Shown: positions 34,761-45,599, counted from the stretch's first letter. The stretch: 64,000 nt of DNA from Candidatus Edwardsbacteria bacterium (GCA_018821925.1 JAHJLF010000043.1:1599-65598), one strand, 5' to 3'. Numbers and translations are program-made. Notes: generated by a model not told the origin, from the letters alone.

Positions 34761-34873
34761 GCGCCACCGGACACCATCGGAGCATCAAGACGTTGTTATC
34801 ATTAATTTTCTTGCTGCTTCTGAAACGGGGCATTATCCCATCATCTAAAATCTGTTAACTATTATCTGACGTT

Positions 34874-36706
34874 ATGTGCGGAATAGTAGGCTATATCGGG
34901 GCCAAAAATTGCGTCCCCATTATCATGGAGGGCCTGAAGCGCCTGGAATACCGGGGCTACGATTCGGCCGGGCTGGCCTTGATCAAAGATGGGAAACTGG
35001 TCATCGAGAAAAGGGCCGGCAAGGTGGCCGATCTGGCCGCGATGATCGAAGGGAAGAAGCTTTCCGCCTCTTTGGGGATAGGGCACACCCGTTGGGCCAC
35101 CCACGGCGAGCCGGATGACCTGAATGCCCATCCCCACTGGGACTGCAAGGGCGAGATAGCCATCATCCATAACGGCATCATCGAGAACTATTCCACTTTA
35201 AAGAAAAAGCTGATCCAGGACAGCCATCAGATAAGAACCGCCACCGACACCGAGATACTGGCCCACCTGATCGAGGAGATGTATAAAAAGACCCAGGACC
35301 TGTTCTCCGCAGTCAGATACGCCCTGCTGGAGGTGGAGGGCACCTTCGGGCTTCTGGTGATATCGCCCCTGGAACCCGACAAGATCATCGCCGCCCGCCG
35401 CGGAAGCCCGCTGGTGATCGGGGTGGGGGAGGGTGAGAACCTGATAGCCTCCGACGCCGCCGCCCTGGTGGAGCACACCCGGCAGGTGGTCTATCTGAAC
35501 GACGACGAGATGGCCTGCATCACGGCCGATTCATTCTATACCAAGACCATCCATGACCAGGAGGTGGTCAAGCAGATAGAGGAGGTCACCTTCTCCCTGG
35601 AGCAGATAGAACGGGGCGGCTATGAGCATTTTATGCTCAAGGAGATAAACGAACAGCCGACCTCCCTGGAGAACGCCATGAGGGGCCGCCTGATGGTCAA
35701 AGAGGGCGACGTCCGGCTGGGCGGCCTGCATACGGTAATGGACAAACTTTTAAATGCCCGGCGGATAATCATCACCTCCTGCGGCACCTCCTGGCATGCC
35801 GCCCTGGTGGGCAAGTATATGCTGGAACAGCTGGGCCGCATCCCGGTGGATGTGGATTACGCTTCGGAGTTCCGATTTCGTAATCCGGTCATCCGGCCGG
35901 ATGATGTGGTGATGGTCATCAGCCAAAGCGGCGAGACCGCCGACACCCTGGCGGCCCTGCGGGAGGCCAAATCCAGAGGGGCCCCGGTGCTGGGGATCGT
36001 CAACGTGGTGGGCAGCACCATCGCCCGGGAGACCGACGCCGGGGTCTATATCCACGCCGGGCCGGAGATCGGGGTGGCCTCCACCAAGGCTTTCACCTCG
36101 CAGATCGCGGTGCTGGGCCAGATAGCCATCCTGTTGGCCAAGAACCGGGGCCTGCCGCAAAAGACCCTGGCCAAGATCGCCAGGGACCTGGCCGACATCC
36201 CCGACAAAGTCCGCCAGGTGCTTTTATTAGACGACCAGATCAAGAAAATAGCCCAAGAGTTTAAAAACGCCGAGAATTTTCTGTACCTGGGACGGGGCAG
36301 CAATTTCCCCACCGCCCTGGAGGGGGCCCTTAAATTGAAAGAGATCTCCTACATCCATGCCGAGGGCTATCCGGCCGCCGAGATGAAGCACGGGCCAATC
36401 GCCCTGATAGACAAGAACATGCCGGTGGTCTTCATCGTGCCCAAAGACGCCCTGTACGACAAGGTGGTCAGCAATATCCAGGAGGTGCGGGCCCGCAAGG
36501 GCCGGGTGATCGCTATCGCCAATATCGACGATGATGAGATAGATAGCCTGGCCGAGTTCGTGATAAAGGTCCCCAGGACCTACAGCTATTTCGGCCCCAT
36601 CATCAATAGCATCCCCCTGCAATTGCTGGCCTATCATATCGCCTTGCTTCGGGGCTGCAATGTGGACCAGCCTCGAAATTTGGCCAAAAGCGTGACCGTG
36701 GAATAA
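34874..36706 (+). CDS. glmS: Glutamine--fructose-6-phosphate aminotransferase (isomerising)
   Basis: 610 aa. 'MCGIVGYIG' N-terminal nucleophile Cys, two SIS domains, C-terminal 'VDQPRNLAKSVTVE'. Confidence 0.9.
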   Translation: MCGIVGYIGAKNCVPIIMEGLKRLEYRGYDSAGLALIKDGKLVIEKRAGKVADLAAMIEGKKLSASLGIGHTRWATHGEPDDLNAHPHWDCKGEIAIIHNGIIENYSTLKKKLIQDSHQIRTATDTEILAHLIEEMYKKTQDLFSAVRYALLEVEGTFGLLVISPLEPDKIIAARRGSPLVIGVGEGENLIASDAAALVEHTRQVVYLNDDEMACITADSFYTKTIHDQEVVKQIEEVTFSLEQIERGGYEHFMLKEINEQPTSLENAMRGRLMVKEGDVRLGGLHTVMDKLLNARRIIITSCGTSWHAALVGKYMLEQLGRIPVDVDYASEFRFRNPVIRPDDVVMVISQSGETADTLAALREAKSRGAPVLGIVNVVGSTIARETDAGVYIHAGPEIGVASTKAFTSQIAVLGQIAILLAKNRGLPQKTLAKIARDLADIPDKVRQVLLLDDQIKKIAQEFKNAENFLYLGRGSNFPTALEGALKLKEISYIHAEGYPAAEMKHGPIALIDKNMPVVFIVPKDALYDKVVSNIQEVRARKGRVIAIANIDDDEIDSLAEFVIKVPRTYSYFGPIINSIPLQLLAYHIALLRGCNVDQPRNLAKSVTVE

Positions 36707-36745
36707 TTTTAAAAGATAGAAAACCAAAAATTTAGTGGGGTAGAT

Positions 36746-39631
36746 ATGAACGTCAAGAAAAAAACTTACAGCCGTTATCTGGGGGAGGAGACCTCTGCCA
36801 AACTTATTGAAGGAAATCTTTCCCAAAACGATAAGGAACAGGCATTGCGCCGTCTGGCTGAGCTGACCAGGGTCTTTTCGTCCTATCTGCCGGGTGGTAT
36901 CAGGAGGCATGCTCAAAAGCTTCATTCCGGGGCCAAGGTGGAACAGGCCCTGCTGCTGGCCGATGTCACCGGCTTCACGGTGCTGTCCGAGCGGCTGTCC
37001 CGCATCGGCCGGGAGGGGGCCGAGGAGGTCACCGGCATCATCAACAGCTATTTTGCCCCGCTGATAAAGATCGTCCACAACTACGGCGGCGACGTTGTCT
37101 ACTTCGGCGGCGACGCTTTCAGCGCCGGCTTCGAGACGGTGGAGGGCGAGCCCTCGCCCAGCCATCTCCGGGCTTTGCAGGCAGCTTATGAGATGCAGGA
37201 GCTGGTCAAGAATTTTACCGAGATCAAGACCTCGGCCGGGGCCTTCCCCATCAGCCTGCATCTGGCCCTGCATCTCGGCCCCACCGAGATCTTTAGCGTA
37301 GGCCGGAAAGAGACCGACCTGGAATATTTCATGGCCGGACGGGTCACCAACTATGCCTCCCAGCTGGAGGACCTATCCTCCGGAGCAGAGCTATTGATCA
37401 GCCGGGAGCTTTATAATAAAGCCAAGGGTAAGATAACGGCAGAGCCGGCCCAGAGCGATACTTATAAGCTTGTCAAAGTGAACGAAAAGGTTGGCCATTT
37501 AGCAGAGGGCGGCCAGGAGGAGGCAGAGGATATCGAGCGGTCCATCGAACATCTGGAGGCGATCCGTCCTTATTTCTCAAGCTGGCTGTCACAAAGGATC
37601 ATGGCCGATCCCAAGTCCGGAGGCGTTGCCGGGGAGCATCGCCGGGTGACCATGCTGTTCCTGAATGTCTGGGGGATGGATTTCGACGATGATCAACATG
37701 CCGTTTCCAAGGCCCAGAATTATTTTTCGGTCCTGCAGGAGGTGGTTGAGAGATATGGCGGGATAGTAAACAAGGTGGATTTCAGCCCCCAGGGCCACAA
37801 GGTGCTGATCCTGTTCGGGGCTCATATCGCCCACGAGAATGACGAGGAGCGGGCCCTGTTGTGCGCTCTGGAGATGCTGGGCCGCGAGGAGTTCGGTTAT
37901 GGCGGGGTCAAACAGAGGTTCGGGGTCAACGGCGGTTATGTCTACGCCGGGACGGTCGGCTCGGCCCTGCGCCGCGAGTTCACCGTGATGGGCGACGAGG
38001 TCAACCTGGCGGCCCGCCTGATGTCATCGGCCGGCGAACAGGAGCTGCTGGCCACCGCCGCCATCCAGAGGAAGAACTCCGGAAAATTCGGATTCAAAAG
38101 CCTGGGCGAGAAGGAATTCAAGGGCAAGAAACACCCCATCACCATATATCAGGTGAGCAAAAAAGATGAATCCGGCGATGATGTTTTTGCCAAGTGGATG
38201 ACGGAATCCAAAGCCATGGTGGGCCGCCAGAAGGAAAAGGAATTGTTGAACAGCGCCGTGGAGAAAGGCATCTCCGGGCAGGGCCAGATAATTTCGGTGG
38301 TGGGCGAGGCCGGCATCGGAAAATCCAGGCTGTCCCGGGAGCTGATCCAGAACTGGGCCGAACGGGGATATTCCTTTTTCGTGGGCAACTGCCAGTCCTA
38401 CGGCGCGGCCATCTCCTACCTGCCCTGGGCCGATTTACTGAAGACCTATTTGGGCATCAAGGAGGCCGATTCCATGGAGGCGAAAACATCCCGGATCCAC
38501 AAAATGCTGGAGATCATCGACCCGGTCCTCAAGGATTGGTCCCCGATCATCGGCGAGGTGGTGGGAGTGTCCATGCCGGAGAGCGAGCTGACCAAGTCGC
38601 TGGACGCCAAACTCAGACAGCAGAGATTATTCGATCTGGTGCTGGACATCTTCAGTTGGGGGGCGGCCCAGGAGCCGCTGCTGCTGATCATCGAAGATCT
38701 GCACTGGGCCGACGGAGCCTCCCTGGGACTGCTGAACTACGTAGCCCGTAATATCGGCGACAAACCCATAGTGTTGTGTATGGTCTATCGGCCAATCGAG
38801 GCCAAGCACGAATTCGCCGGCAAGGAATATCACAGCCAGATGACCCTTAAAGAGCTGAGCCAGGAGGAGAGCCTGGAACTGGTGAAGACCATGCTGAACA
38901 TCGAAGGGATGCCGCCGGAGCTGGAGCAGCTGATCCTGAAGAAGTCCCAGGGCAACCCCTTTTTCGTGGAGGAAGTGGTCAAGTCGCTGATCGAGCAGAA
39001 GGTGGTCGCCGAGAAGGACGGCCAGTGGCAGGTGGTGACCACCGACATAGCCAAGATCAACATACCCGACACCGTTCAGGGGGTGATCATGAGCCGTATC
39101 GACCGCCTGCCGATCGAGACCCGGGAGGTGCTGCAGATATCCTCGGTGATCGGGCGCGAGTTCGACTATCATATTTTGCAGGCCATCTACCCAAAAAAAA
39201 TAGAGATCAATCCCCACCTCAACAGTCTGAGGGGCCTGGACCTGGTGCTTACCGAGCAGGAGGGCAATTATTACTTCAAGCACATCATGACCCAGGAGGT
39301 GGCTTACGACAGCCTGTCGTTCAGCCGCCGCCGGGAGCTGCACAACAACATCGGCGATCACCTGGAGCTCAGCAACGAGAGCAAGATAGAAGAGGTGCTG
39401 GAGCTGCTGTCGCACCATTATTTCCATGCCCAGAACTGGGAGCCGGCCTTCTTCTATTCGGTGGAGGCCGGGGACAAGGCCAAGAAGGCCTATGCCAACC
39501 AGGAGGCCCTGGCCCATTACGATCGGGCGCTGGAGGTGTTCGACAAGATGGTGGAGGCCGGGATGCTGCCCGAGCTGACCCGCCGCATCCAGGAGGAGCT
39601 GAAGCAAAAGGAAGTGGAGTCGGCCAAATAG
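36746..39631 (+). CDS. Multidomain signalling protein: tandem class III nucleotidyl cyclase domains + AAA(+)/STAND ATPase + TPR
   Basis: 961 aa. Cyclase motifs 'LLADVTGFTVLSE...GGDAFSAGF' and 'MLFLNVWGMDF...GDEVNLAARLMSSAG'. Walker A 'GEAGIGKSRL'. C-terminal TPR-like helices. Confidence 0.75.
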   Translation: MNVKKKTYSRYLGEETSAKLIEGNLSQNDKEQALRRLAELTRVFSSYLPGGIRRHAQKLHSGAKVEQALLLADVTGFTVLSERLSRIGREGAEEVTGIINSYFAPLIKIVHNYGGDVVYFGGDAFSAGFETVEGEPSPSHLRALQAAYEMQELVKNFTEIKTSAGAFPISLHLALHLGPTEIFSVGRKETDLEYFMAGRVTNYASQLEDLSSGAELLISRELYNKAKGKITAEPAQSDTYKLVKVNEKVGHLAEGGQEEAEDIERSIEHLEAIRPYFSSWLSQRIMADPKSGGVAGEHRRVTMLFLNVWGMDFDDDQHAVSKAQNYFSVLQEVVERYGGIVNKVDFSPQGHKVLILFGAHIAHENDEERALLCALEMLGREEFGYGGVKQRFGVNGGYVYAGTVGSALRREFTVMGDEVNLAARLMSSAGEQELLATAAIQRKNSGKFGFKSLGEKEFKGKKHPITIYQVSKKDESGDDVFAKWMTESKAMVGRQKEKELLNSAVEKGISGQGQIISVVGEAGIGKSRLSRELIQNWAERGYSFFVGNCQSYGAAISYLPWADLLKTYLGIKEADSMEAKTSRIHKMLEIIDPVLKDWSPIIGEVVGVSMPESELTKSLDAKLRQQRLFDLVLDIFSWGAAQEPLLLIIEDLHWADGASLGLLNYVARNIGDKPIVLCMVYRPIEAKHEFAGKEYHSQMTLKELSQEESLELVKTMLNIEGMPPELEQLILKKSQGNPFFVEEVVKSLIEQKVVAEKDGQWQVVTTDIAKINIPDTVQGVIMSRIDRLPIETREVLQISSVIGREFDYHILQAIYPKKIEINPHLNSLRGLDLVLTEQEGNYYFKHIMTQEVAYDSLSFSRRRELHNNIGDHLELSNESKIEEVLELLSHHYFHAQNWEPAFFYSVEAGDKAKKAYANQEALAHYDRALEVFDKMVEAGMLPELTRRIQEELKQKEVESAK

Positions 39632-39770
39632 ATTCGACAAAAACACCAATATCCCAGGGCCTCTGATTATCGGCATGCCACAAATCATTTGTGATAATAA
39701 TCACTTCCGCCGAACGGAGGCCCATTTATTAATCGGTGAACCTGGCAAATCATATTATGGGACATAAATA

Positions 39771-40853
39771 ATGAGACAAAAAGCCATACTGGTCGGCACC
39801 ATGCTGGACCGGGGCAGTATTTTCGAGGAAGAGGAATCATTGAAGGAGCTGGCTCGTCTGGCCGATACCGCCGGGGCTACGGTGATCGACCACATAGTGC
39901 AAAGGCGGGCCCGTCCCGACGCCACCTATTTCATCGGCAAGGGCAAGGTAGAGGAGCTGGCGCTGGCCGTGGCGGACAGCCGGGCCGATCTGGTGATCTT
40001 CGACCACAGCCTGACCCCCAGCCAGGCCTCCAATATCCAGGCCCAGCTGGACTGCCGGGTGGTGGACCGGGCGGAGCTGATCATGGATATTTTTGCCAGG
40101 CATGCCAGGAGCGCCGAGTCCAAGATCCAGGTGGAGCTGGCCCAGTTGCAATATCGTTTCTCCCGTTTGGTGGGGGCCGGCCTGGAGATGACCGATCCCG
40201 GCGCCGGCATAGGGACCAGGGGGCCGGGAGAGAAACAGCTGGAGCTGGACCGGCGAAAGATCAGGCACAGGATAGCGCGGCTCAAGCAGGAGCTTAAAAA
40301 GGTTGAACAGCAGAGAAGGACCCAGCGAAAATCCCGGGCCGACATATTCAAGATATCCCTGGTGGGATACACCAATGCCGGCAAATCCACCCTGATGAAC
40401 CTGCTGTCAAAGGCCAGGGTCAAAGTGGAGGACCGGCTGTTCGCCACCCTGGATGCCACCACCCGGGCGGTAGTGCTGGCCTCGGGGGAAAAATTTCTGC
40501 TGACCGATACGGTGGGCTTCATCCGGCGGCTGCCCCATCAGCTGGTGGCCTCGTTCAAGGCCACCCTAGAGGAGGTCAACCAGGCCGACCTGGTGCTGCA
40601 GGTGGTGGATAGCCCCCATCCCCTCTATCTTAAGGAGATCGCCGCGGTGGAGGAGGTGCTGAAAGAGATAAAGGCCGACCGTCCGGAGCTGTTGGTGTTC
40701 AACAAGACGGATCTACTGGATCCGGACACCCTGGATGGCCTGCGGAGAAATTATCCCGGGGCAGCTTTCATCTCCGCCTTGACCGGGGAGGGCCGCCGGG
40801 AGCTGGAGGCCCTGATACGGCAAAGAATGGAACCTCAAAGATCTGCGGAATAA
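39771..40853 (+). CDS. hflX: GTPase HflX
   Basis: 360 aa. HflX N-terminal domain ('KAILVGTMLD...') followed by G-domain 'GYTNAGKSTLMN', 'DTVGF', 'NKTD'. Confidence 0.85.
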   Translation: MRQKAILVGTMLDRGSIFEEEESLKELARLADTAGATVIDHIVQRRARPDATYFIGKGKVEELALAVADSRADLVIFDHSLTPSQASNIQAQLDCRVVDRAELIMDIFARHARSAESKIQVELAQLQYRFSRLVGAGLEMTDPGAGIGTRGPGEKQLELDRRKIRHRIARLKQELKKVEQQRRTQRKSRADIFKISLVGYTNAGKSTLMNLLSKARVKVEDRLFATLDATTRAVVLASGEKFLLTDTVGFIRRLPHQLVASFKATLEEVNQADLVLQVVDSPHPLYLKEIAAVEEVLKEIKADRPELLVFNKTDLLDPDTLDGLRRNYPGAAFISALTGEGRRELEALIRQRMEPQRSAE

Positions 40854-40893
40854 ATTTTGCCTTGGGCGGGTATATACAGATGAAGGTCTTAAG

Positions 40894-42123
40894 ATGACGA
40901 TTGTCGGGTTCTTGGTCAATTATTTTAAACTGGCCGGACGTTTCTCCCGGAATGCCAAGCTGTATCTGCTGTCCACCTTTCTGATCTCCGTCGGTTTCTC
41001 CTTCTACGGGGTCCTGTTCAATCTCTATCTGACCGAGGGGGGGTTGCAGGAGGGGATCATCGGCAGCATTCTTTCCTTAAGCGGGCTGGCTCTGGTCATT
41101 ACCGCCCTTCCGGCCGGGATTCTTTCCGACCGGCTGGGCCGGAAAAAGGCCATGATCATCGGCACCCTGGCCGGGGCCCTGCTGTCGATCTTCAGGGCTT
41201 TGACAGTGAACGGCCCCGGCCTTCTATCCCTGAGTTTTTTGGGAGGGATCGCCTCGACGCTCTATGTTCTGTCTGCCGCGCCCTTCATGATGGAGAACAG
41301 CCGCCCGGAGGAGCGGACCCATCTCTTCTCCGCCTCATTTGCCGTGATGCTGATGGCCGGGATTGCCGGCAACCTGGCGGCCGGCGAGCTCCCCGGTTTG
41401 GTGATGAATATTTTTGGCATCAGTATTTTCACGGCCTATCGTTTCGCTCTGCTATTGGGCTCCGGCATATTTCTTACGGCCCTGTGGCCGCTCTTTAAAA
41501 TATCCGAAACCCCAAAGGTTCCGGATGAATCTAATTTGATCAGCCTTAAGCGCTTAGTGCAGGGGTTCAAGGCCGCCGCCGGATTTGTCTGGTGCAATTT
41601 ATGGATCGGGTTGGGGGCGGGGCTGGTGATACCGTTCTTCAACCTGTATTTTGCCAAAAGGTTCGGCGCTTCCAGCAGCCAGATCGGTCTTTATTTTTCG
41701 GTGTCCCAGATATTCACTTTGGCGGCGGTGCTGGTGGGCCCGGCCCTGGCCAAACGTTTCGGCAAAGTCAAAACCGTGGTAGCCATGGAACTGCTGTCGC
41801 TGCCGTTTCTGATAAGCCTGGGGGCCGAGAAGGTTCTGTACATCGCTGTGCTGTCCTTCTGGATGAGGGCCAGCCTGATGCAGATGTCCTCGCCCATCTC
41901 CTCTGCCTTTATGATGGAGGTCGTCCCGGATGGCGCCCGGGCCACGGTCAACAGCATAGCCACCATGGCCTGGACCCTGTCCTGGACATTCTCCACCGCC
42001 TTTTCGGGATGGGCCATGCAGCACTACGGTTATGCCATGCCATATTACCTGACCGCAGGATGTTATGCTGTCTCGGCGATATCATTCTACCTGCTGTACA
42101 ACAGAAAAGAGCGGAGGCGGTAG
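40894..42123 (+). CDS. MFS transporter
   Basis: 409 aa, ~12 TM helices. MFS loop motif 'GILSDRLGRKKAM'. Confidence 0.7.
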   Translation: MTIVGFLVNYFKLAGRFSRNAKLYLLSTFLISVGFSFYGVLFNLYLTEGGLQEGIIGSILSLSGLALVITALPAGILSDRLGRKKAMIIGTLAGALLSIFRALTVNGPGLLSLSFLGGIASTLYVLSAAPFMMENSRPEERTHLFSASFAVMLMAGIAGNLAAGELPGLVMNIFGISIFTAYRFALLLGSGIFLTALWPLFKISETPKVPDESNLISLKRLVQGFKAAAGFVWCNLWIGLGAGLVIPFFNLYFAKRFGASSSQIGLYFSVSQIFTLAAVLVGPALAKRFGKVKTVVAMELLSLPFLISLGAEKVLYIAVLSFWMRASLMQMSSPISSAFMMEVVPDGARATVNSIATMAWTLSWTFSTAFSGWAMQHYGYAMPYYLTAGCYAVSAISFYLLYNRKERRR

Positions 42124-42153
42124 CGCCTCAATACAATAATACGGGAAGAGATC

Positions 42154-43023
42154 ATGGATAAACCAAGCATAGCAATAATCGGAAACGGCAAGCTGGGAAG
42201 CACGCTGGCCTTGGCTCTATCGCAAAAAGGTTATCGAATAAGCGGCCTGTCCGACAGCGATCCGGCCAGGCTGGAGGAAACGGCCCGGGCGGTAAAATCG
42301 GCCGCATCCGACGGCGATCCCTCGGCGGCGACCCAGGGGGCGGAGGTCGTGATTCTGGCGGTCCCCGATGACAACATAAAGGCCGTCTCCGATCGGCTGG
42401 CCTCCCGGCAGGCCCTGGCCAAGGGGCAGATCCTCTGCCACTGCTCGGGCTTCCTTTCGTCATCGGCCCTGGTGGCCAACAAGATGCTGGGGGCCTCCAT
42501 CGCCTCGATGCATCCCCTGGCCAGTTTCCCCCGATGCTTGATCCCTTGGGATCGCTTCAAGGGCATCTATTTCGGAGTGGAAGGAGATGCCGTAGCCTTG
42601 GCAAGGCTGAGACCCCTGATAGAATCGTTAGATTGTTTTCCAGTGGATATACTGGCCTCTCGAAAGAATCTATATCATCTCTCCAGCGTGATGGCTTCGA
42701 ACTATTTGCTGGCCCTGCTTTATGCCGCGGGCCAGATGATGGGGGCCGCCGTGGCCGAGAAGGAAAAAACCGAAGCTATGCTCCATGCCCTGGCCGGGAC
42801 GGTGATGGATAATCTGGTTGAAAACGGGCTGGAAAATTCGCTAAGCGGGCCCATCGAGCGGGGCGATGTCCAAACGGTGTCCGGCCATCTGGAGACCCTG
42901 AAAAAGGATTTTCCCCAGGAAACGGAGTTATACAAGGCCTTGGGAAAATTGATGCTCCGGATATCAAAGCAACGAAATCCTCAAGGGAGGGAATGGGATG
43001 AGCTGGGAAAATCGCTGGATTAG
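42154..43023 (+). CDS. Rossmann-fold NAD(P)-binding protein with DUF2520-like C-terminal domain (predicted oxidoreductase)
   Basis: 289 aa. 'IAIIGNGKLGSTLALAL' dinucleotide-binding motif. ProC/F420-oxidoreductase-like N-terminal domain. Confidence 0.5.
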   Translation: MDKPSIAIIGNGKLGSTLALALSQKGYRISGLSDSDPARLEETARAVKSAASDGDPSAATQGAEVVILAVPDDNIKAVSDRLASRQALAKGQILCHCSGFLSSSALVANKMLGASIASMHPLASFPRCLIPWDRFKGIYFGVEGDAVALARLRPLIESLDCFPVDILASRKNLYHLSSVMASNYLLALLYAAGQMMGAAVAEKEKTEAMLHALAGTVMDNLVENGLENSLSGPIERGDVQTVSGHLETLKKDFPQETELYKALGKLMLRISKQRNPQGREWDELGKSLD

Positions 43024-43105
43024 CCAAAGATTATTGAATATTTTTAAGATTTTCTCTTGACTTTACATATATATCAATTTATAATTAACTTTCTGAATAA
43101 TTAAA

Positions 43106-44047
43106 ATGGAATATTTCATAAAATCGTGGCTTTACATCGGGCTGGCCTTGCTGCCGCTATTTGGCTGCGGCCCCCAAAACAGCGGTTCCGAAGAGTCCCA
43201 GACCGCCGGAAGGATAGTGGTCAAGGGAGAGGACGTGGCCATCAGAATGATCAGGCGCGAATCCCAGTCTTTTATGGCCCTGTATTCCAAGTCGGCTATA
43301 GCGGTTGATGAAGGCGGCTCCAAGGCGGCGATCGCGGATCTCAACGAAGGCCGGATCAGGATCGCAGTGATGAACCGCCCCATAACCAGCGCCGAGGATT
43401 CGATAATCAAAGCCAACGGCGGCCTGGCCAAAGAATACAAGATAGCCTACGACGGGCTGGCGGTGATAGTCAATTCCAAAAATAAGATACAGCGGCTGGA
43501 TTTTGAACAATTGTCAGGAATTTTCTCCGGAAAGATCACCAGCTGGCGCCGGTTGGGCGGCAACATCGAAAACCTGGTCCCAGTGATCCCCGGACCCAAT
43601 ATGGGCCATTACGAATATTTTCAGCAGCTGGTCTTGAACGGCGGGGAATATGCCGCCAAAACATATCCCTGCACCACCACCGCCCAGATAGTCGAGCTGG
43701 TAAAGACCCACCCCAGTGCGATAGGCCTGGTCTCCATGGGCGCCCTTTATCGGAACTGGGACGTGTGGCCGCCCATTAAAGAAACCGGCCTAAAAGCGCT
43801 TGAAATAGCCCAGGTCAAGGAGAGCGGATATTTTTACCCCAATCAAAAGACGGTCTATGAAGGGAACTACCCCTTAAGCCACCCCCTGTATATGTATGTC
43901 AATGATGTTTTGGAGAATACCTATTCCCAGGGAATGTCCAGCCTGGCCCACGGATTCATCACCTATATATCTTCGGCCGAGGGGCAGAAGATAGCGGCCC
44001 AGCAGGGATATGTGCCGGCCACCATGCCGGTGACCATTAAGAAATAA
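43106..44047 (+). CDS. Periplasmic substrate-binding lipoprotein, PstS/phosphate-binding-like (PBP type 2)
   Basis: 313 aa. Lipobox 'LFGCG'. PBP-like fold with 'SMGAL' and 'YPLSHPLYMYV' blocks reminiscent of PstS-family proteins. Low-to-moderate confidence on ligand. Confidence 0.5.
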   Translation: MEYFIKSWLYIGLALLPLFGCGPQNSGSEESQTAGRIVVKGEDVAIRMIRRESQSFMALYSKSAIAVDEGGSKAAIADLNEGRIRIAVMNRPITSAEDSIIKANGGLAKEYKIAYDGLAVIVNSKNKIQRLDFEQLSGIFSGKITSWRRLGGNIENLVPVIPGPNMGHYEYFQQLVLNGGEYAAKTYPCTTTAQIVELVKTHPSAIGLVSMGALYRNWDVWPPIKETGLKALEIAQVKESGYFYPNQKTVYEGNYPLSHPLYMYVNDVLENTYSQGMSSLAHGFITYISSAEGQKIAAQQGYVPATMPVTIKK

Positions 44048-44096
44048 GAGCACCAACTCAGCTACATTTATAAATATCGCGGGGAGATAGTCTGCT

Positions 44097-45599
44097 ATGA
44101 AATTATTAAAGATCACCGATTTCGTTCTGATAGCTTTGGCGCTGTGCCTCATCGGCTGCGCCACCACCTCTCAGGCGGGAAAGCCCAAGGCCGAGGATCT
44201 CCTGCAGCAGGGAATCACAGCAGATGACCAGGGCGATTTCGACCAAGCCATCGACCTCTACCGCCAGGCCATTCAGCGGAAGTCCAAACTCAAAGAAGCC
44301 CACTACCGCCTGGGACAGATCTATGTTGAACGGAAGATGTTCGATGAGGCCATCGTCGAGTTCGAAACGGCCCGGGACCTGAAATACCCCCAGGCGGTGA
44401 CCGAGCTGGCCGTTACCTACCATAAGGCCGGGAAGCTGGACGAGGCCGAGGCCCTGATCAAGGAACTGCTTATCAAGAAGCCCAACGACGTGGACCTCAA
44501 ATACCGGCTGGGCAAGGTCTATCTGGATAAGGGGCAGCTGAACGAGGCCGGGGAGGTCTTTCGCCAGGTGCTACAGATGGATCCCAATAATGCCAGTGCC
44601 CATAACGGTCTGGCCAATCTCTATTTCCGCCAGCGAAACTATAACCAAGCCATGTCCGAATATCTGCTGGCCATCAAGCTCAACCCCGATTTCACCGATG
44701 TCAATCTGGACTTGGGTAGTGCCTACTTCCAAAGCGGTAAATATGCCGAGGCTGCCAGATATTTCAAAAAATACACCGAGCTGTCGCCCAAGGATGCTGC
44801 CGGCCATTATATGCTGGCCAAGGCTTATCAGATGCAGAAGGACTCCGCTTTGATCGGGCCGGCCATCATCGAGGCCAAAAAGGTCACCAAGATGGATCCC
44901 GAGAACGACGGGGTCTGGTATCTTTTGGGCTCCCTGCAGTATGATGTGAAGAATTATATCGAATCGGCCCAGGCCTTCAGTAAATCCCTGGAGCTGTCGC
45001 CGATGGATCCCACCCGCTGGTACGAGGCCGCCAGGGTCTATATCCGGGCAGGCAGTGCCTATTCGGCCAATAGGGATACGGCAAATTCCAAGCTGATGTT
45101 CGATGCGGCCATCAATGCCTATCAAAAACGGATGGAGCTGGACCCCTCCAAGGTGGAGGACACTTATTACGATATGGCTAATGCTTACTACTATGCCGGA
45201 TATTACGATGAGGCCATACTGTGGTACCAGAAACGCATCGAAAAGAATCCGGCCACCGCCTTCGGCGCTTTGATGAACATGGGCTACAGTTATTCATTGA
45301 AGGGCCAGGCCAGCAAGGCTCCCAAAGCCGAGACCAGATCCATTTACGAAAAGGCCATCGATACCTTCTTGAAGGCCAAAGCCTTGAAGATGGGCAAGAA
45401 TATAAAACCCGTCAAGGAGGCAGTTCCGGCCATGGAAGCCCTGTCCCAGCATTATCTGTATATTTTCACCAAGTTCAACGAGAAGGCCTTTAAGACCAAA
45501 GCCTCGGCCGAGGCCAAGGCTTTGCTTACGCTCGATCCGGGCAACAAGATCGCCAAGGAGGTGTTGGAGTCTCTGAAACCCAAGATAGAGGTCTGGTAA
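44097..45599 (+). CDS. TPR-repeat lipoprotein
   Basis: 500 aa. Lipobox 'LIGCA'. At least 8 TPR units. Confidence 0.6.
   Translation: MKLLKITDFVLIALALCLIGCATTSQAGKPKAEDLLQQGITADDQGDFDQAIDLYRQAIQRKSKLKEAHYRLGQIYVERKMFDEAIVEFETARDLKYPQAVTELAVTYHKAGKLDEAEALIKELLIKKPNDVDLKYRLGKVYLDKGQLNEAGEVFRQVLQMDPNNASAHNGLANLYFRQRNYNQAMSEYLLAIKLNPDFTDVNLDLGSAYFQSGKYAEAARYFKKYTELSPKDAAGHYMLAKAYQMQKDSALIGPAIIEAKKVTKMDPENDGVWYLLGSLQYDVKNYIESAQAFSKSLELSPMDPTRWYEAARVYIRAGSAYSANRDTANSKLMFDAAINAYQKRMELDPSKVEDTYYDMANAYYYAGYYDEAILWYQKRIEKNPATAFGALMNMGYSYSLKGQASKAPKAETRSIYEKAIDTFLKAKALKMGKNIKPVKEAVPAMEALSQHYLYIFTKFNEKAFKTKASAEAKALLTLDPGNKIAKEVLESLKPKIEVW

Noticed and set aside
34874-35170. Additional small ORFs overlapping the glmS 5' region (34876-35118 +, 34862-35170 -).
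   Set aside because: They lie entirely within glmS, which has an unambiguous N-terminal Cys amidotransferase signature. Alternative frames are compositional artefacts.
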